Position numbers and translations under genes: made by a program. A stretch of 38,213 nucleotides of DNA from an uncultured Sphingorhabdus sp. (lineage in GTDB: Bacteria > Pseudomonadota > Alphaproteobacteria > Sphingomonadales > Sphingomonadaceae), in assembly GCA_964502655.1 (NCBI GenBank), contig CAZCXQ010000002.1:1-38213 (forward strand), read 5' to 3'. Below are positions 17,502-26,803 of this stretch, piece after piece. The first letter of the stretch is position 1; each line of letters begins with the position of its first letter. Under the pieces are notes generated by a model, which made no database searches, was not told the DNA's origin, and saw only the letters and a list, made by a program, of their open reading frames with translations.

Positions 17502-19961
17502 ATGAAGTTGATCCATCGCGTCTTGATGACAACAGTGGCTACCACAGCCTTTTTTAGCGCGAGTGCCTATGCACAAACCGCGCAACCCGAGGAAGCGGCG
17601 GCAGAAAATGATGCCATTGTTGTCACCGGCGTGATTTCGTCCGCGGGCCAAAACAAAATCGACACCTCGATTTCCGTATCATCCTTGAGCGCGGATACCA
17701 TCGCAGACAGCAATCCGACCAACCTTGCAGAAGTTTTCCGTCAGCTGCCAGGTATTCGTTCAGAGAGCTCATCGGGTGGTGGTAACTCCAACATCAACGT
17801 GCGCGGTATTCCGATCTCAACCGGCGGCGCGAAATTCCTGTCGCTTCAAGAAGACGGCCTGCCAATTCTTTTGTTTGGCGATCATCTTTTTGCGCCAGCC
17901 GATGGTTTCTATAAATCAGACACGACCTTGGCGCGCGTGGAATCGGTTCGTGGCGGCACGGCCTCGACACTCACCACCAACGGCCCAGGCGGTATCATCA
18001 ACCTGATCGGCAAGACCGGCAAAGATGGCGGCGGCTCGCTTGGCTTCGGCATTGGCCTTGATCACACCGATTATCGTGTTGACGCCGAATATGGGGCGAA
18101 CATCGCAGACGATCTGTATTTCCACGTCGGCGGACACTTCCAACAGGGTGGTGACTATCGCAACTCCGGATATGATCCTGTTTCGGGTGGCCAAATTCGC
18201 TTGAGCATGACCAAAGAATTTGACGCTGGCTATGTCCGGCTGACGGGTAAAGTCATCGACAAGAAAGAGCAGGCCTATTTCCCGCAGCTCGTTTCGCGCA
18301 CCGGGAATGCGACCAGCGGCGTCGTTGGCACCAGCCTCGGCAATTTCAGCGCTGCCAACCATAGCCTTTACAGCAATCTGACCCGCAATGGTCTGGCCGT
18401 AAACGGACGCAACCAGTTGGAGCCTTATGATACCGCTGATGGTCTGCATCATAAAGTAAAGTCCATTGGTCTTGAAACCAATTTTGATCTTGGTGGCGGT
18501 ATCGAATTGTCGACCAAGTCGCGCTATCAGGATATCTCGGGTCAGTTTCTGGGCTTTTTTAGCTATGGCGCTTTGAACGCGGCTTCGCTGGCGGGGGCGA
18601 CCTATTTCAACGGACCACGCGCAGGCACGGCTGTGACATCGTCAAACCTGCCGAACGGCTTTGCAACCGAAGTAGCCGTGTTTGACGTCAACCTCGACGA
18701 TCTGAGCAACTTTGCAAATGACGCCCGTCTGTCGAAGACCTTTGAAATGGGCGGTTCGACCGTTGATGTCGCTGTTGGGCATTTCTTCATGCACCAAAAT
18801 TTCAAGCAGGATTGGCATTGGACGCGCCTTGTTACGACGACCGAAAATAATGCTGCGTTGATCAATGTTCCTGGATCGATCAATGGCATCGCCGGCGTTA
18901 ACCAGGCCTTTGGTTGGGACGGTTCGAACCGTAATTATGATCTTGAGGCGCAAGTAAGCTCGCCTTTTGCGGCGTTGGCCGTGAAAACGGGCGATCTGAG
19001 CGTCGATGCCAGCGTTCGTTATGACAATATGCGCCAGAATGGCATCAGGACAGCCGGCGCAGGTGCACCGTTTGACGTCAATGGCGATGGACGGATCACA
19101 GGATCAGAAGCCACGGTTTCGCTGAACACCGGCGTAGCCGATGCGCGCGCTGATTTCACCGCGAACAACCTTGCATGGTCGTTGGGTGCCAATTATCTGC
19201 TTGGCGACAACTTCTCGATCTTTGGCCGGGCATCCAGCGGTGCATCCTTCAACTTTGATCGCGCCTTGGATTTTGGTGTGCGTGATGGAAGCGGTGCCTT
19301 ATTGGCTGGCGCAGAAGGCGCGTATGTAGATAAGGTCGACCAGTATGAAATCGGCTTTAAGGCGCAAGATCTCGAATTGGGGAACGGCAAGCTCGATGTT
19401 TACGGGACATTGTTCCTGTCGACGACAGAGGAATCGAATATCACGATTACGCCGCCAACCGGTCAGATCCGTAAATATGAAGCCAAGGGCCTTGAGCTGG
19501 AGGGCTATTATAAAAACGGAATCTTCGATCTGTACGCGACAGCGACCTATACCGACGCTGAAATCAGCGACGCCCGCAATTCTGCAGGTGTGGCGAACAG
19601 CGCACTCATCGGAAACCGGCCGCAGCGTCAGGCCCGTTTGATTTGGGCCGTAACGCCAAGCGTGAATCTGGATCAGGTTCGCCTTTCGGCAAGCTGGATT
19701 GGTACAGGCGACAGCTTTGCCAATGATGCGAACACGCTAACCCAAAAGGGATATTCGGTTGTGCATCTGACAGGTGCAGTGAACCTGACCGATAATCTGG
19801 AATTCTCGCTCAACGTGAACAACCTGTTCGACAAGGCGGGTATCACGGAATCTGCGAATGACGGACGTGAATCGCTCTTCGCGGGCGCGCCGAACACCGT
19901 CACCATCGGTCGTTCCATTCAGGGGCGCACCATGGCCGCGAATGTCCGCTTCAAATTCTAA
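17502..19961 (+). CDS. TonB-dependent receptor, probably for sucrose/fructo-oligosaccharides (SucA/SuxA-like)
   Basis: GGAGGA SD, signal peptide ending AYAQ, AIVVTG TonB box, plug motifs PGIRSESSSG, LQEDGLP and RVESVRGG...GGIIN, and C-terminal NVRFKF. Substrate is inferred from the neighbouring GH68 and fructokinase and the shared operator. Confidence 0.9.
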   Translation: MKLIHRVLMTTVATTAFFSASAYAQTAQPEEAAAENDAIVVTGVISSAGQNKIDTSISVSSLSADTIADSNPTNLAEVFRQLPGIRSESSSGGGNSNINVRGIPISTGGAKFLSLQEDGLPILLFGDHLFAPADGFYKSDTTLARVESVRGGTASTLTTNGPGGIINLIGKTGKDGGGSLGFGIGLDHTDYRVDAEYGANIADDLYFHVGGHFQQGGDYRNSGYDPVSGGQIRLSMTKEFDAGYVRLTGKVIDKKEQAYFPQLVSRTGNATSGVVGTSLGNFSAANHSLYSNLTRNGLAVNGRNQLEPYDTADGLHHKVKSIGLETNFDLGGGIELSTKSRYQDISGQFLGFFSYGALNAASLAGATYFNGPRAGTAVTSSNLPNGFATEVAVFDVNLDDLSNFANDARLSKTFEMGGSTVDVAVGHFFMHQNFKQDWHWTRLVTTTENNAALINVPGSINGIAGVNQAFGWDGSNRNYDLEAQVSSPFAALAVKTGDLSVDASVRYDNMRQNGIRTAGAGAPFDVNGDGRITGSEATVSLNTGVADARADFTANNLAWSLGANYLLGDNFSIFGRASSGASFNFDRALDFGVRDGSGALLAGAEGAYVDKVDQYEIGFKAQDLELGNGKLDVYGTLFLSTTEESNITITPPTGQIRKYEAKGLELEGYYKNGIFDLYATATYTDAEISDARNSAGVANSALIGNRPQRQARLIWAVTPSVNLDQVRLSASWIGTGDSFANDANTLTQKGYSVVHLTGAVNLTDNLEFSLNVNNLFDKAGITESANDGRESLFAGAPNTVTIGRSIQGRTMAANVRFKF

Positions 19962-19976
19962 TTAAGACGACACGAG

Positions 19977-20009
19977 AAACGGCGCCTGCTTTGTGCGGGC
20001 GCCGTTTTT
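19977..20009. terminator. Intrinsic terminator between the convergent TBDR and halogenase genes
   Basis: AAACGGCGCCTGC-tttgt-GCGGGCGCCGTTTTT. Confidence 0.85.
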
Positions 20010-20055
20010 GTTTGTGCGCGTGCGTTATGTCGCGGGCCCCGCAGTGGGGAAGGGA

Positions 20056-21603
20056 CTAAAGCTTTTGTAGCGCTTCAAAATAGCTGCTGTTGGCCACTGT
20101 ATCGCGCAGCACAAAATCACGCAGCTTGCTCCGCCGTTGGGCAAGTTCGCCCATCATGGCCTGTATTGGCGCGCTGGGTTCTGACGCCGGTATCGCTGCT
20201 TTGCCCCATCCCATACCATAGAGAACGAATTTGTAATTCGTGGCGGAAAAGCACTGGGTCGTGCTGTGAAAATCATAGATGCTGGGGACCGCTGTTTTCC
20301 AAGTCGCCAGATTGGCCTGAAGCGACGGTGGGATGGTCTTAGGATCGCAATTGTCCCGCCAAAAGGCCGTGTCCCGGCGATTTGACAGACAGTAATGCAT
20401 CTTCAGGAAGTCAGCGATGTTGTTGTAATGATTGTGCAGGATCCGGTTGTAGCTGGATTGGGGCTGTGATCCGCCCAGATAACGGGGCACAAATTCGAGC
20501 ATGGCCCAATTGGCCATTTCAATGAGGTAAATTCCAGTCGACTCCAGCGGTTCCAAAAAGCCGCTCGATAGCCCGATAGCAACGCTATTTCCGCGCCATT
20601 GTTGGTCATGATAGCCGATCCGCATGTCCAGCCGCCGTGATTCCAGCATATCAACCGGTTGCTGCACATAGGCGGCGAGCTCGGCCTTTGCAGCATCATC
20701 ATCAATATAACGCGAGCTGTAGACATGGCCCACGCCGCGGCGATCCTGAAGCGCGATGTCCCAGATCCAACCCGCACTTTGCGCCGTAGACTTTGTGTAA
20801 CCGATGACGTCGGCAAGGCTATCATTCGGCACCCGCGTCACAATGGCGCGATCCACGAACAAGGTGTCGGAAAGGCTGTTGAAAATGTTCTGTTGGTCTG
20901 AATTGATCAACCGTGCCGCAAAGCCGGTGCAATCGATGAACAGGTCGGCTTCGATCCGTTCGTTATTGTCGAGGTGCAATGCGCTGATGTCTTCAAAATC
21001 CCGATCGATTTGTATGACTTTTTGCACTTTGTGGCAAACGCCGCGCGCCTTGCTATGTGTCTGTAGATATGTCGCCAACTTGCCGGCATCGAGATGATAG
21101 GCGTAAGCCAGCGCGCCGTCATAAGGCTTATCGCTGAAATTCTTCGGGGCATGACCGCGCCGTGCAATTTCGGCCTGCACCGAAAATTGTTCGGCATAAG
21201 GCGCGCGTTGTTCCGAGGGCAGTTGCAGCCATTGCCACGTCGCATCCTTACCCGCGACCATGATTTGGTCGCCAAAGGGGTGGAAATAGCTGTTGGCACC
21301 GCACAATTGGGGGTCGTCGCGCCAATTGATGAACTCAATGCCATGTTTGAATGTCGCGCCGCAGGTTTGGAGGAAGATATGTTCTTCAATGCCGCATGCG
21401 GCCAGCGTTTGGCGGATCGACGGGATGGTGGCTTCGCCGACGCCGACGGTTGGAATATCTTCGGCCTCTATGACCGTGATCTCAACAGGCCGGTTCAATG
21501 TGTGCGGCAGCTGGTTTTGCAAAAATGCCGCCGTCAACCAACCGGCGGTGCCGCCACCGACAATGACGATTGCTACGGCACTGCCTGCATCATTTTTTGC
21601 CAT
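20056..21603 (-). CDS. Tryptophan halogenase family flavoprotein (sucrose locus)
   Basis: It has IVGGGTAGW, VGVGEATIP, ATFKHGIEF (Lys at the PrnA K79 position), YAYHLDA, FIDCTGF, GWIWDIAL (WxWxIP variant) and GFLEPLESTG. The start overlaps the fructokinase 3' end by 14 nt. Confidence 0.92.
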   Translation of the reverse strand: MAKNDAGSAVAIVIVGGGTAGWLTAAFLQNQLPHTLNRPVEITVIEAEDIPTVGVGEATIPSIRQTLAACGIEEHIFLQTCGATFKHGIEFINWRDDPQLCGANSYFHPFGDQIMVAGKDATWQWLQLPSEQRAPYAEQFSVQAEIARRGHAPKNFSDKPYDGALAYAYHLDAGKLATYLQTHSKARGVCHKVQKVIQIDRDFEDISALHLDNNERIEADLFIDCTGFAARLINSDQQNIFNSLSDTLFVDRAIVTRVPNDSLADVIGYTKSTAQSAGWIWDIALQDRRGVGHVYSSRYIDDDAAKAELAAYVQQPVDMLESRRLDMRIGYHDQQWRGNSVAIGLSSGFLEPLESTGIYLIEMANWAMLEFVPRYLGGSQPQSSYNRILHNHYNNIADFLKMHYCLSNRRDTAFWRDNCDPKTIPPSLQANLATWKTAVPSIYDFHSTTQCFSATNYKFVLYGMGWGKAAIPASEPSAPIQAMMGELAQRRSKLRDFVLRDTVANSSYFEALQKL

Positions 21604-22480
21604 TCACAGCCCTTTTTGCGAGTTCAAAGGCACCCGCAATGCCGGAGCATGTGCCAAGGCCCGGCGGCATGATAATCGCGCCAGCATCCACGCCGAAATA
21701 GCTGCCCACACGCTTTTTGGCCTGTTCCCTTATCTTATCGAGAAGCCCCGCGGTTTGCATCACCCCGCCGCCCAAAATAATGCACTGCGGAGAATAAAGT
21801 GCAATTTGGGTCTGACACAGTTGCGCCAAATAATCGGCAATGATGTCATGGGCGACATGGTCCGGCGCCAATTCGGAGAGCGAAGCGCCCCAGCGGGCCT
21901 TAATCGCAGGGCCGGACGCCAGCCCCTCTAAGCAATCCCCATGGGCTGGGCAGATGCCGGCAAAATCACTGTCCTGCGGGTGGCGACGCGGCAAGATATG
22001 CCCCATTTCCGGATGGCGGCTGCCCTTTACCGTATTGCCGTTAATCACCGCGCCGCCGCCAATGCCTGTTCCTATTGTGACGTAAATGGCAACGTCGCAG
22101 CCTTGGGCTGCACCGTAAAGATGCTCTCCGATAGCCGCGGCATTCACATCGGTATCAAGGCCCACAGGGCAGCCCAAAGCATTGCCGAGACGCGCGGCAA
22201 CACTCGTCTGTCCCCAACCTGCTTTAGGGGTGTTGGTGATATATCCCCATTCCGGCGACGCGGGATCGAGATCGACCGGTCCAAAGGACGCAAGGCCAAG
22301 ACCTGCGATGTCTCCATTGGCACGAAACCAGTCAATTGTGCGCTGAAGCGTTTCGTCAGGGGTCGTGGTCGGTATTTGCACCTGTGCCACAATATCATCA
22401 TGGCCGCGGCCAATCGCGGCAACGAATTTGGTTCCGCCGGCTTCGATAGCGCCTAACATCCGCCGCCCATCAACCAACAT
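21590..22480 (-). CDS. ROK family sugar kinase, probable fructokinase
   Basis: It has GAIEAGGTK, FGPVD, TPKAGW, DTDVNAAA, TIGTGIGGG, HPEMGH and the Zn motif CPAHGDCLEG of ROK fructokinases. Start at 22480 overlaps the GH68 stop; 22459 is an alternative. Confidence 0.9.
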   Translation of the reverse strand: MLVDGRRMLGAIEAGGTKFVAAIGRGHDDIVAQVQIPTTTPDETLQRTIDWFRANGDIAGLGLASFGPVDLDPASPEWGYITNTPKAGWGQTSVAARLGNALGCPVGLDTDVNAAAIGEHLYGAAQGCDVAIYVTIGTGIGGGAVINGNTVKGSRHPEMGHILPRRHPQDSDFAGICPAHGDCLEGLASGPAIKARWGASLSELAPDHVAHDIIADYLAQLCQTQIALYSPQCIILGGGVMQTAGLLDKIREQAKKRVGSYFGVDAGAIIMPPGLGTCSGIAGAFELAKRAVNGKK

Positions 22481-23630
22481 GGGCCAATTCGCGGCGCAGA
22501 CCGGCGCGATTGCCATCGAGCATGAGTGTTACAAATGGCGCAGGCGTTCCACCGAAACTTTCGGCCGCCAGCTGCGGGTTGTTTGCGAGGCTGCGACCTT
22601 TCAGTCCCCAATGATCGACAAAGCTGCTAACCAGAAGCTCTGCCGTGACATGCCAGCTGTAGCTTTGCATGGGTTCTTCGGGCGGATTGGCCAAGACCAG
22701 GCCGCTGCCATTCAGCGGTTCATATTCGCCAAAAAGACTGTCGGAGACCATGCCGTACAGCCCTGTAGGGCCAATTGGTCCTTCGGGATTGAATGTGCCC
22801 GCCTGGGTAACCCAGAAAATATAATATAGGCCATCTTTCGAGACCATATGGGCGCGTTCCAACTCATTATTGACGCCATCTGCATGCAATAAGGGCGGCA
22901 AAAGTTCCCAGCCGCCATGATCAGATCGGCGGGCGATGCCGATCGCGCCGTTATATTCGGACGAAGGGCCTGCCAATGATCCTGTAAACAGCAGATATTC
23001 CTGCCCATCTGCAGGGTCGCAGAAATAGGCGGGGTCACGAAAAGCCTTAATCTTGCCGGGCTCACCCTCTTGCTGATCGGCGATATGATAATGCCGTCCG
23101 TTGTTGGCCACCGATTCCTGAAGGGGGGTCCAATTGCTAATCTGGCCATCGGCCTGCAAAGTTCCGTGGGTTTCAAACAGGCGCTGCTGATAGCCGCCCG
23201 GATTGCCGGCAACACCCGCTGCGGTGAAGAATAATGAGACAATTCCATTTTTGAGCAAGGCCGTACCCGCCCATTCCCGTTCGAACCCATAATCTGTGTC
23301 TGGCAGCGCCCAACCCAAATCACGCCATTGCCCTTCTTTTAGATGCAACAGCCTGATGCGCGCTTCAAAATGGCGTAACGCTGGGTCTGAACGGTCGGGC
23401 GCCGCCAAGGCCATCCACACCGCCCCGCCAGCAATATCGGCAATGCTGCCGTCTGGGGATTGGATGGGCCACATATCCCACAGCACAATCCCCGGCAAAA
23501 GCGGGGTAGCATCATGCCCATTTATCACATCGACAGTATCAAAGCGTTGCTCTGCGATACGCGACACGTGCTTGTGCGTCCATGCTGAGGTCAAGGTGCG
23601 AATTTCCCGATTCTGAAGGTTAATTGCCAT
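22470..23630 (-). CDS. Glycoside hydrolase family 68 (levansucrase/invertase-like beta-fructosidase)
   Basis: The catalytic motifs LWDMWP, EWAGT, AFRDP and NELERAH are present, plus GPTGLYG, YEPLNGSGLVLANP and FGGTPAP. There is no signal peptide. The start was moved to 23630 because the ORF-track start abuts the operator. Confidence 0.92.
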   Translation of the reverse strand: MAINLQNREIRTLTSAWTHKHVSRIAEQRFDTVDVINGHDATPLLPGIVLWDMWPIQSPDGSIADIAGGAVWMALAAPDRSDPALRHFEARIRLLHLKEGQWRDLGWALPDTDYGFEREWAGTALLKNGIVSLFFTAAGVAGNPGGYQQRLFETHGTLQADGQISNWTPLQESVANNGRHYHIADQQEGEPGKIKAFRDPAYFCDPADGQEYLLFTGSLAGPSSEYNGAIGIARRSDHGGWELLPPLLHADGVNNELERAHMVSKDGLYYIFWVTQAGTFNPEGPIGPTGLYGMVSDSLFGEYEPLNGSGLVLANPPEEPMQSYSWHVTAELLVSSFVDHWGLKGRSLANNPQLAAESFGGTPAPFVTLMLDGNRAGLRRELAHVG

Positions 23631-23663
23631 TTTCCTAGGAAATGAGGGGGGGCATTGCAACAT

Positions 23664-23687
23664 ATAATTGCAATCGATTGCAATTAT
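23664..23687. promoter_or_regulatory. Perfect 24-bp palindromic LacI-type operator upstream of the GH68-fructokinase-halogenase operon
   Basis: ATAATTGCAATCGATTGCAATTAT is its own reverse complement; the core TGCAATCGATTGCA is at 23669-23682. Confidence 0.88.
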
Positions 23688-23963
23688 GCGGCACGTTTAA
23701 AGAGCGCAAGACATCGCCTTTCTCGTTGCGGAGCGTGTTGATCGGCGAGAGAGGCGCGCAAGCGCCGTTAAGTGACGCAGACGGGATCCGTGTTAGCGAC
23801 CACAGATGCGCCTTCTGACTATCCTAATCAGCCCAATTTCGGCCAGCGACCAAAAGCGCGCCTGAACGCGTATCCGGTCCGGGTCATGCGGGCGCTGTAT
23901 GCCTGATCGCGCTCGTGCCGCACAGCGGTGCCGGTAAGCACGGCGCAGCATGATCGCGCAATT

Positions 23964-25463
23964 TCAATGGGATAGATGCTTTGGCTCTTCGACTCTCTGC
24001 ATGGCAATCGCCGCAAGTGCCATCATCATAGCTGCAAATGCCATGGTCCAGATCGGCTGTGTTGGGAAAAAGGCTTTCAAAATGCTGCCCATAACGGTTG
24101 CGACCAGCAATTGCGGCACCACGATGAAGACATTGAACAGCCCCATATAAATTCCGAGCTTTTGCTGGGGCAGTGCTGAAGCCAATATGGCATAAGGCAT
24201 GGCGAGGATCGACGCCCACGCGATACCGATACCGATTTCCGAGAGGATCAGCAGATTGGGATCGCGGATGAACAGGAAGCTCACAAAGCCTGCGGATCCC
24301 GTAAGCAGACAGACCATGTGCGTTTTCACTTTGCCGATCCGTGCCGCCAATGAGGGCAGAATCAGCAGCGCGCCGATTGCGGCGACCCCATTTTGAATTG
24401 CGAACAGCCGCCCAACCCAATTTGCGCCATGCCCATAAGCGACACTCGCAACATCTGTGGTGTTATAGGCATATTGGGTGACGACAGGTGTCGTATAGAT
24501 CCACATGATGAAAAGCGTCGACCAGCTGAAAAACTGTGCCAAGGCGAGCCGCTTCATGATGGTGGGCATGCCGGAAAAATCACCCACGATATGCGACAGG
24601 ATATTGTCCTCACGTCCCGATTTAGCAAGTGTGATAGCGATCAGGCTAGCGATGCCATAGCCCGCCAAAAGTGCGCCGAGCAGATAGACTTCTTTTTCAA
24701 GTCCAAGCGGTGTGACTGATGCGGCAGTGACGATGCCGGCTACTATCCAAATCAACGACGGTCCGCTGCCGCGGGCTGCCAACGCAGGTAATGTGTTCGT
24801 GTTCTTGTGATCGGTCTCACCGTCAAATGCGGCCATTTCTGCGGGGCTATATTCCTTGGTAGTGAAAACGGTCCAGCTCACGGAGAGCAACATGGCAGCA
24901 CCACCAACCCAAAAGCTATAGCGCACCGTATCGGGGATTGTACCTGCAGGCGCGGTGTTCGACACGTTCAGATGATTGAACAAATCGGGCAGTAACGACC
25001 CGGCAACCGCGCCTACGCCAATCAGCGCAGTTTGCACAGCGTAGCCGCTGGTGTGTTGATCCTTGTTGAGCATATCGCCGACGAACGCGCGGAATGGTTC
25101 CATCGAAATGTTGATCGATGCGTCCAGCACCCACAGCATGATTGCAGCAAATAGCAGCACATGCGCCATCGGCATTATGAACAGCGATGATGCGGCGAGC
25201 AACGCTCCGGCGAGGAAATAGGGACGGCGGCGCCCAAAGCGCCCTAACCATGTCCGGTCGCTAAAATGTCCGATCAACGGCTGCACCAATAAACCGGTCA
25301 GCGGCGCTGCAACCCACAAAGCGGGCAGATCATCAAGGCTGGCACCCAGCGCCTGGAAAATGCGTGACATGTTGCCGTTCTGCAGCGCGAAACCCATTTG
25401 GATGCCGAGAAAACCGAAGCTGATATTAATCAGGCTGCCGAAACTCTGACGCGGTTTGCCCAT
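23964..25463 (-). CDS. MFS maltose/maltodextrin transporter (MalY/MalT-like)
   Basis: ATG at 25463 follows a GAGGGAGA SD. Motifs SFGFLGIQMGFALQNGN, AAPLTGLLVQP, SDRTW..RFGRRRPY, MEPFRA, WASILAMPY and GIYMGLFNVFIVVPQ. It is adjacent to the amylase locus. Confidence 0.9.
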   Translation of the reverse strand: MGKPRQSFGSLINISFGFLGIQMGFALQNGNMSRIFQALGASLDDLPALWVAAPLTGLLVQPLIGHFSDRTWLGRFGRRRPYFLAGALLAASSLFIMPMAHVLLFAAIMLWVLDASINISMEPFRAFVGDMLNKDQHTSGYAVQTALIGVGAVAGSLLPDLFNHLNVSNTAPAGTIPDTVRYSFWVGGAAMLLSVSWTVFTTKEYSPAEMAAFDGETDHKNTNTLPALAARGSGPSLIWIVAGIVTAASVTPLGLEKEVYLLGALLAGYGIASLIAITLAKSGREDNILSHIVGDFSGMPTIMKRLALAQFFSWSTLFIMWIYTTPVVTQYAYNTTDVASVAYGHGANWVGRLFAIQNGVAAIGALLILPSLAARIGKVKTHMVCLLTGSAGFVSFLFIRDPNLLILSEIGIGIAWASILAMPYAILASALPQQKLGIYMGLFNVFIVVPQLLVATVMGSILKAFFPTQPIWTMAFAAMMMALAAIAMQRVEEPKHLSH

Positions 25464-25535
25464 GAATGTCTCTCCCTCAGACGCATTTTGGGGAAGAGTG
25501 GCAGAGAAGCACCGCGTGGGCAATCAGTGCGGCCA

Positions 25536-25549
25536 TGAATACGAATGTG
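25536..25549. promoter_or_regulatory. Putative operator of the maltodextrin LacI regulator (copy 1)
   Basis: TGAATACGAATGTG in the lacI-MFS gap is 13/14 identical to 26658-26671 and has a central CG. Confidence 0.72.
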
Positions 25550-25562
25550 AAATAGGTTATTT

Positions 25563-26588
25563 TCAATGCGCCCCGCAACTTTTCCGCACGATCAGCTTGG
25601 CCGGTAATGCGGCTGTATTTGCATCTTCATTTCGTATTTGGCGGATCAAGGCATCAACCAGCATTTCGCCCGCGCGCCTAAAATCCTGCTGCACTGTCGT
25701 TAACGGAGGTCGCGTCATGCTGGCCGCGGGCAGGTCGTCAAAACCGACAATAGCGATATCATTGGGCACATCCAGCCCATGTTCGGCTACAGCGCGCATC
25801 GCGCCAATGGCGATCATGTCACTGGCGGCAAAAATAGCATCGAACTTCACACCGGCAGCCATCAGGGCGTTGAACGCATCATAGCCGGCCTGTTCAGTGA
25901 TAATCGCATCGACCTGCCGCGCTGCAACTACCTTAATGCCTGCGCTGCGCTGCGCCTCAATATGGCCGCGATAACGATCGAAAAATTCAGGATAATGTTC
26001 ATTGGCGTGGCCCAAAAAGGCTATGCGCCGTCGCCCGTGGGCAATCAAATGTTGCGTGGCATCATATCCGCCACGAAAATTGTCGCAGCCAATCACCGTG
26101 CCCAGACTGCGTTCGTTAACATGGCCCCAGCGGACAAAGTGCGTGCCTTGTTCCATCAACTGGTCGAGCTTTGCCCGATAAGGTTCAAAGTCGCCATGGC
26201 CTAACAGGATAATGCCATCAGCCTTGCGGCTTTCTTCAAACTCGACATGCCAGTTTGACGCCATGTGCTGCATCGAGATTAGCAAATCATAATGACGCAG
26301 CGCACAGGTGCGGACAACCGAGCCCAGCATAGAGAGGAAAAACGGGTTGATGCCGGATTCGTCCGGTGTCGGATCTTCGTAAAACAGCAAAGCCAATGTG
26401 TTGGTTTCGCGTTTGCGAAGCGACGATGCATTTTTGTCGACGGTGTAATTCAGCTGCTGTGCAATCGCCTCGATACGCTTGCGCGTCTTTTCTGAAACGG
26501 TCGAACTGCCGCTCAGTGCGCGCGACACTGTTGGCTGCGACACACCTGCCAATTGGGCAATGTCGAATGATGTCGGCTTTCGCGACAT
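25563..26588 (-). CDS. LacI family transcriptional regulator of the maltodextrin locus (MalI/MalR-like)
   Basis: ATG at 26588 follows a GAGGAGG SD. HTH TSFDIAQLAGVSQPTVSRALS, and motifs NPFF, AASDMIA, VGFDD and LTTVQQD. Confidence 0.94.
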   Translation of the reverse strand: MSRKPTSFDIAQLAGVSQPTVSRALSGSSTVSEKTRKRIEAIAQQLNYTVDKNASSLRKRETNTLALLFYEDPTPDESGINPFFLSMLGSVVRTCALRHYDLLISMQHMASNWHVEFEESRKADGIILLGHGDFEPYRAKLDQLMEQGTHFVRWGHVNERSLGTVIGCDNFRGGYDATQHLIAHGRRRIAFLGHANEHYPEFFDRYRGHIEAQRSAGIKVVAARQVDAIITEQAGYDAFNALMAAGVKFDAIFAASDMIAIGAMRAVAEHGLDVPNDIAIVGFDDLPAASMTRPPLTTVQQDFRRAGEMLVDALIRQIRNEDANTAALPAKLIVRKSCGAH

Positions 26589-26657
26589 TTGGCCTCCTCT
26601 CCAATCTCCAACCTTAAGCCTAGTATAACTTTCCTGCAACAAGCAGTCATGAATGCC

Positions 26658-26671
26658 TGAATACGTATGTG
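26658..26671. promoter_or_regulatory. Putative operator of the maltodextrin LacI regulator (copy 2)
   Basis: TGAATACGTATGTG has the palindromic core ATACGTAT and lies between the divergent lacI and TBDR genes. Confidence 0.75.
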
Positions 26672-26803
26672 GGTTTCTGTCAGCGGCCTGCACAAATGGT
26701 TATGCACCTAAGTTGAAATTGCCCCCTTTATCGGGGGCCGTTCGTAAAGCGCGTATTAACGTGGTCCGGGCAACGTCCCGATATTATGACTGGGGAGCAT
26801 GTC

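Noticed and set aside
23646-23652. G7 homopolymer upstream of GH68 as a phase-variation tract
   Set aside because: It is short and lies in the probable 5' UTR, not in a coding frame or promoter spacer.
23828-23900. AFRRAFGRWP resembling an AraC C-terminal helix
   Set aside because: It is too short, and the rest of an AraC HTH is not recognisable upstream.
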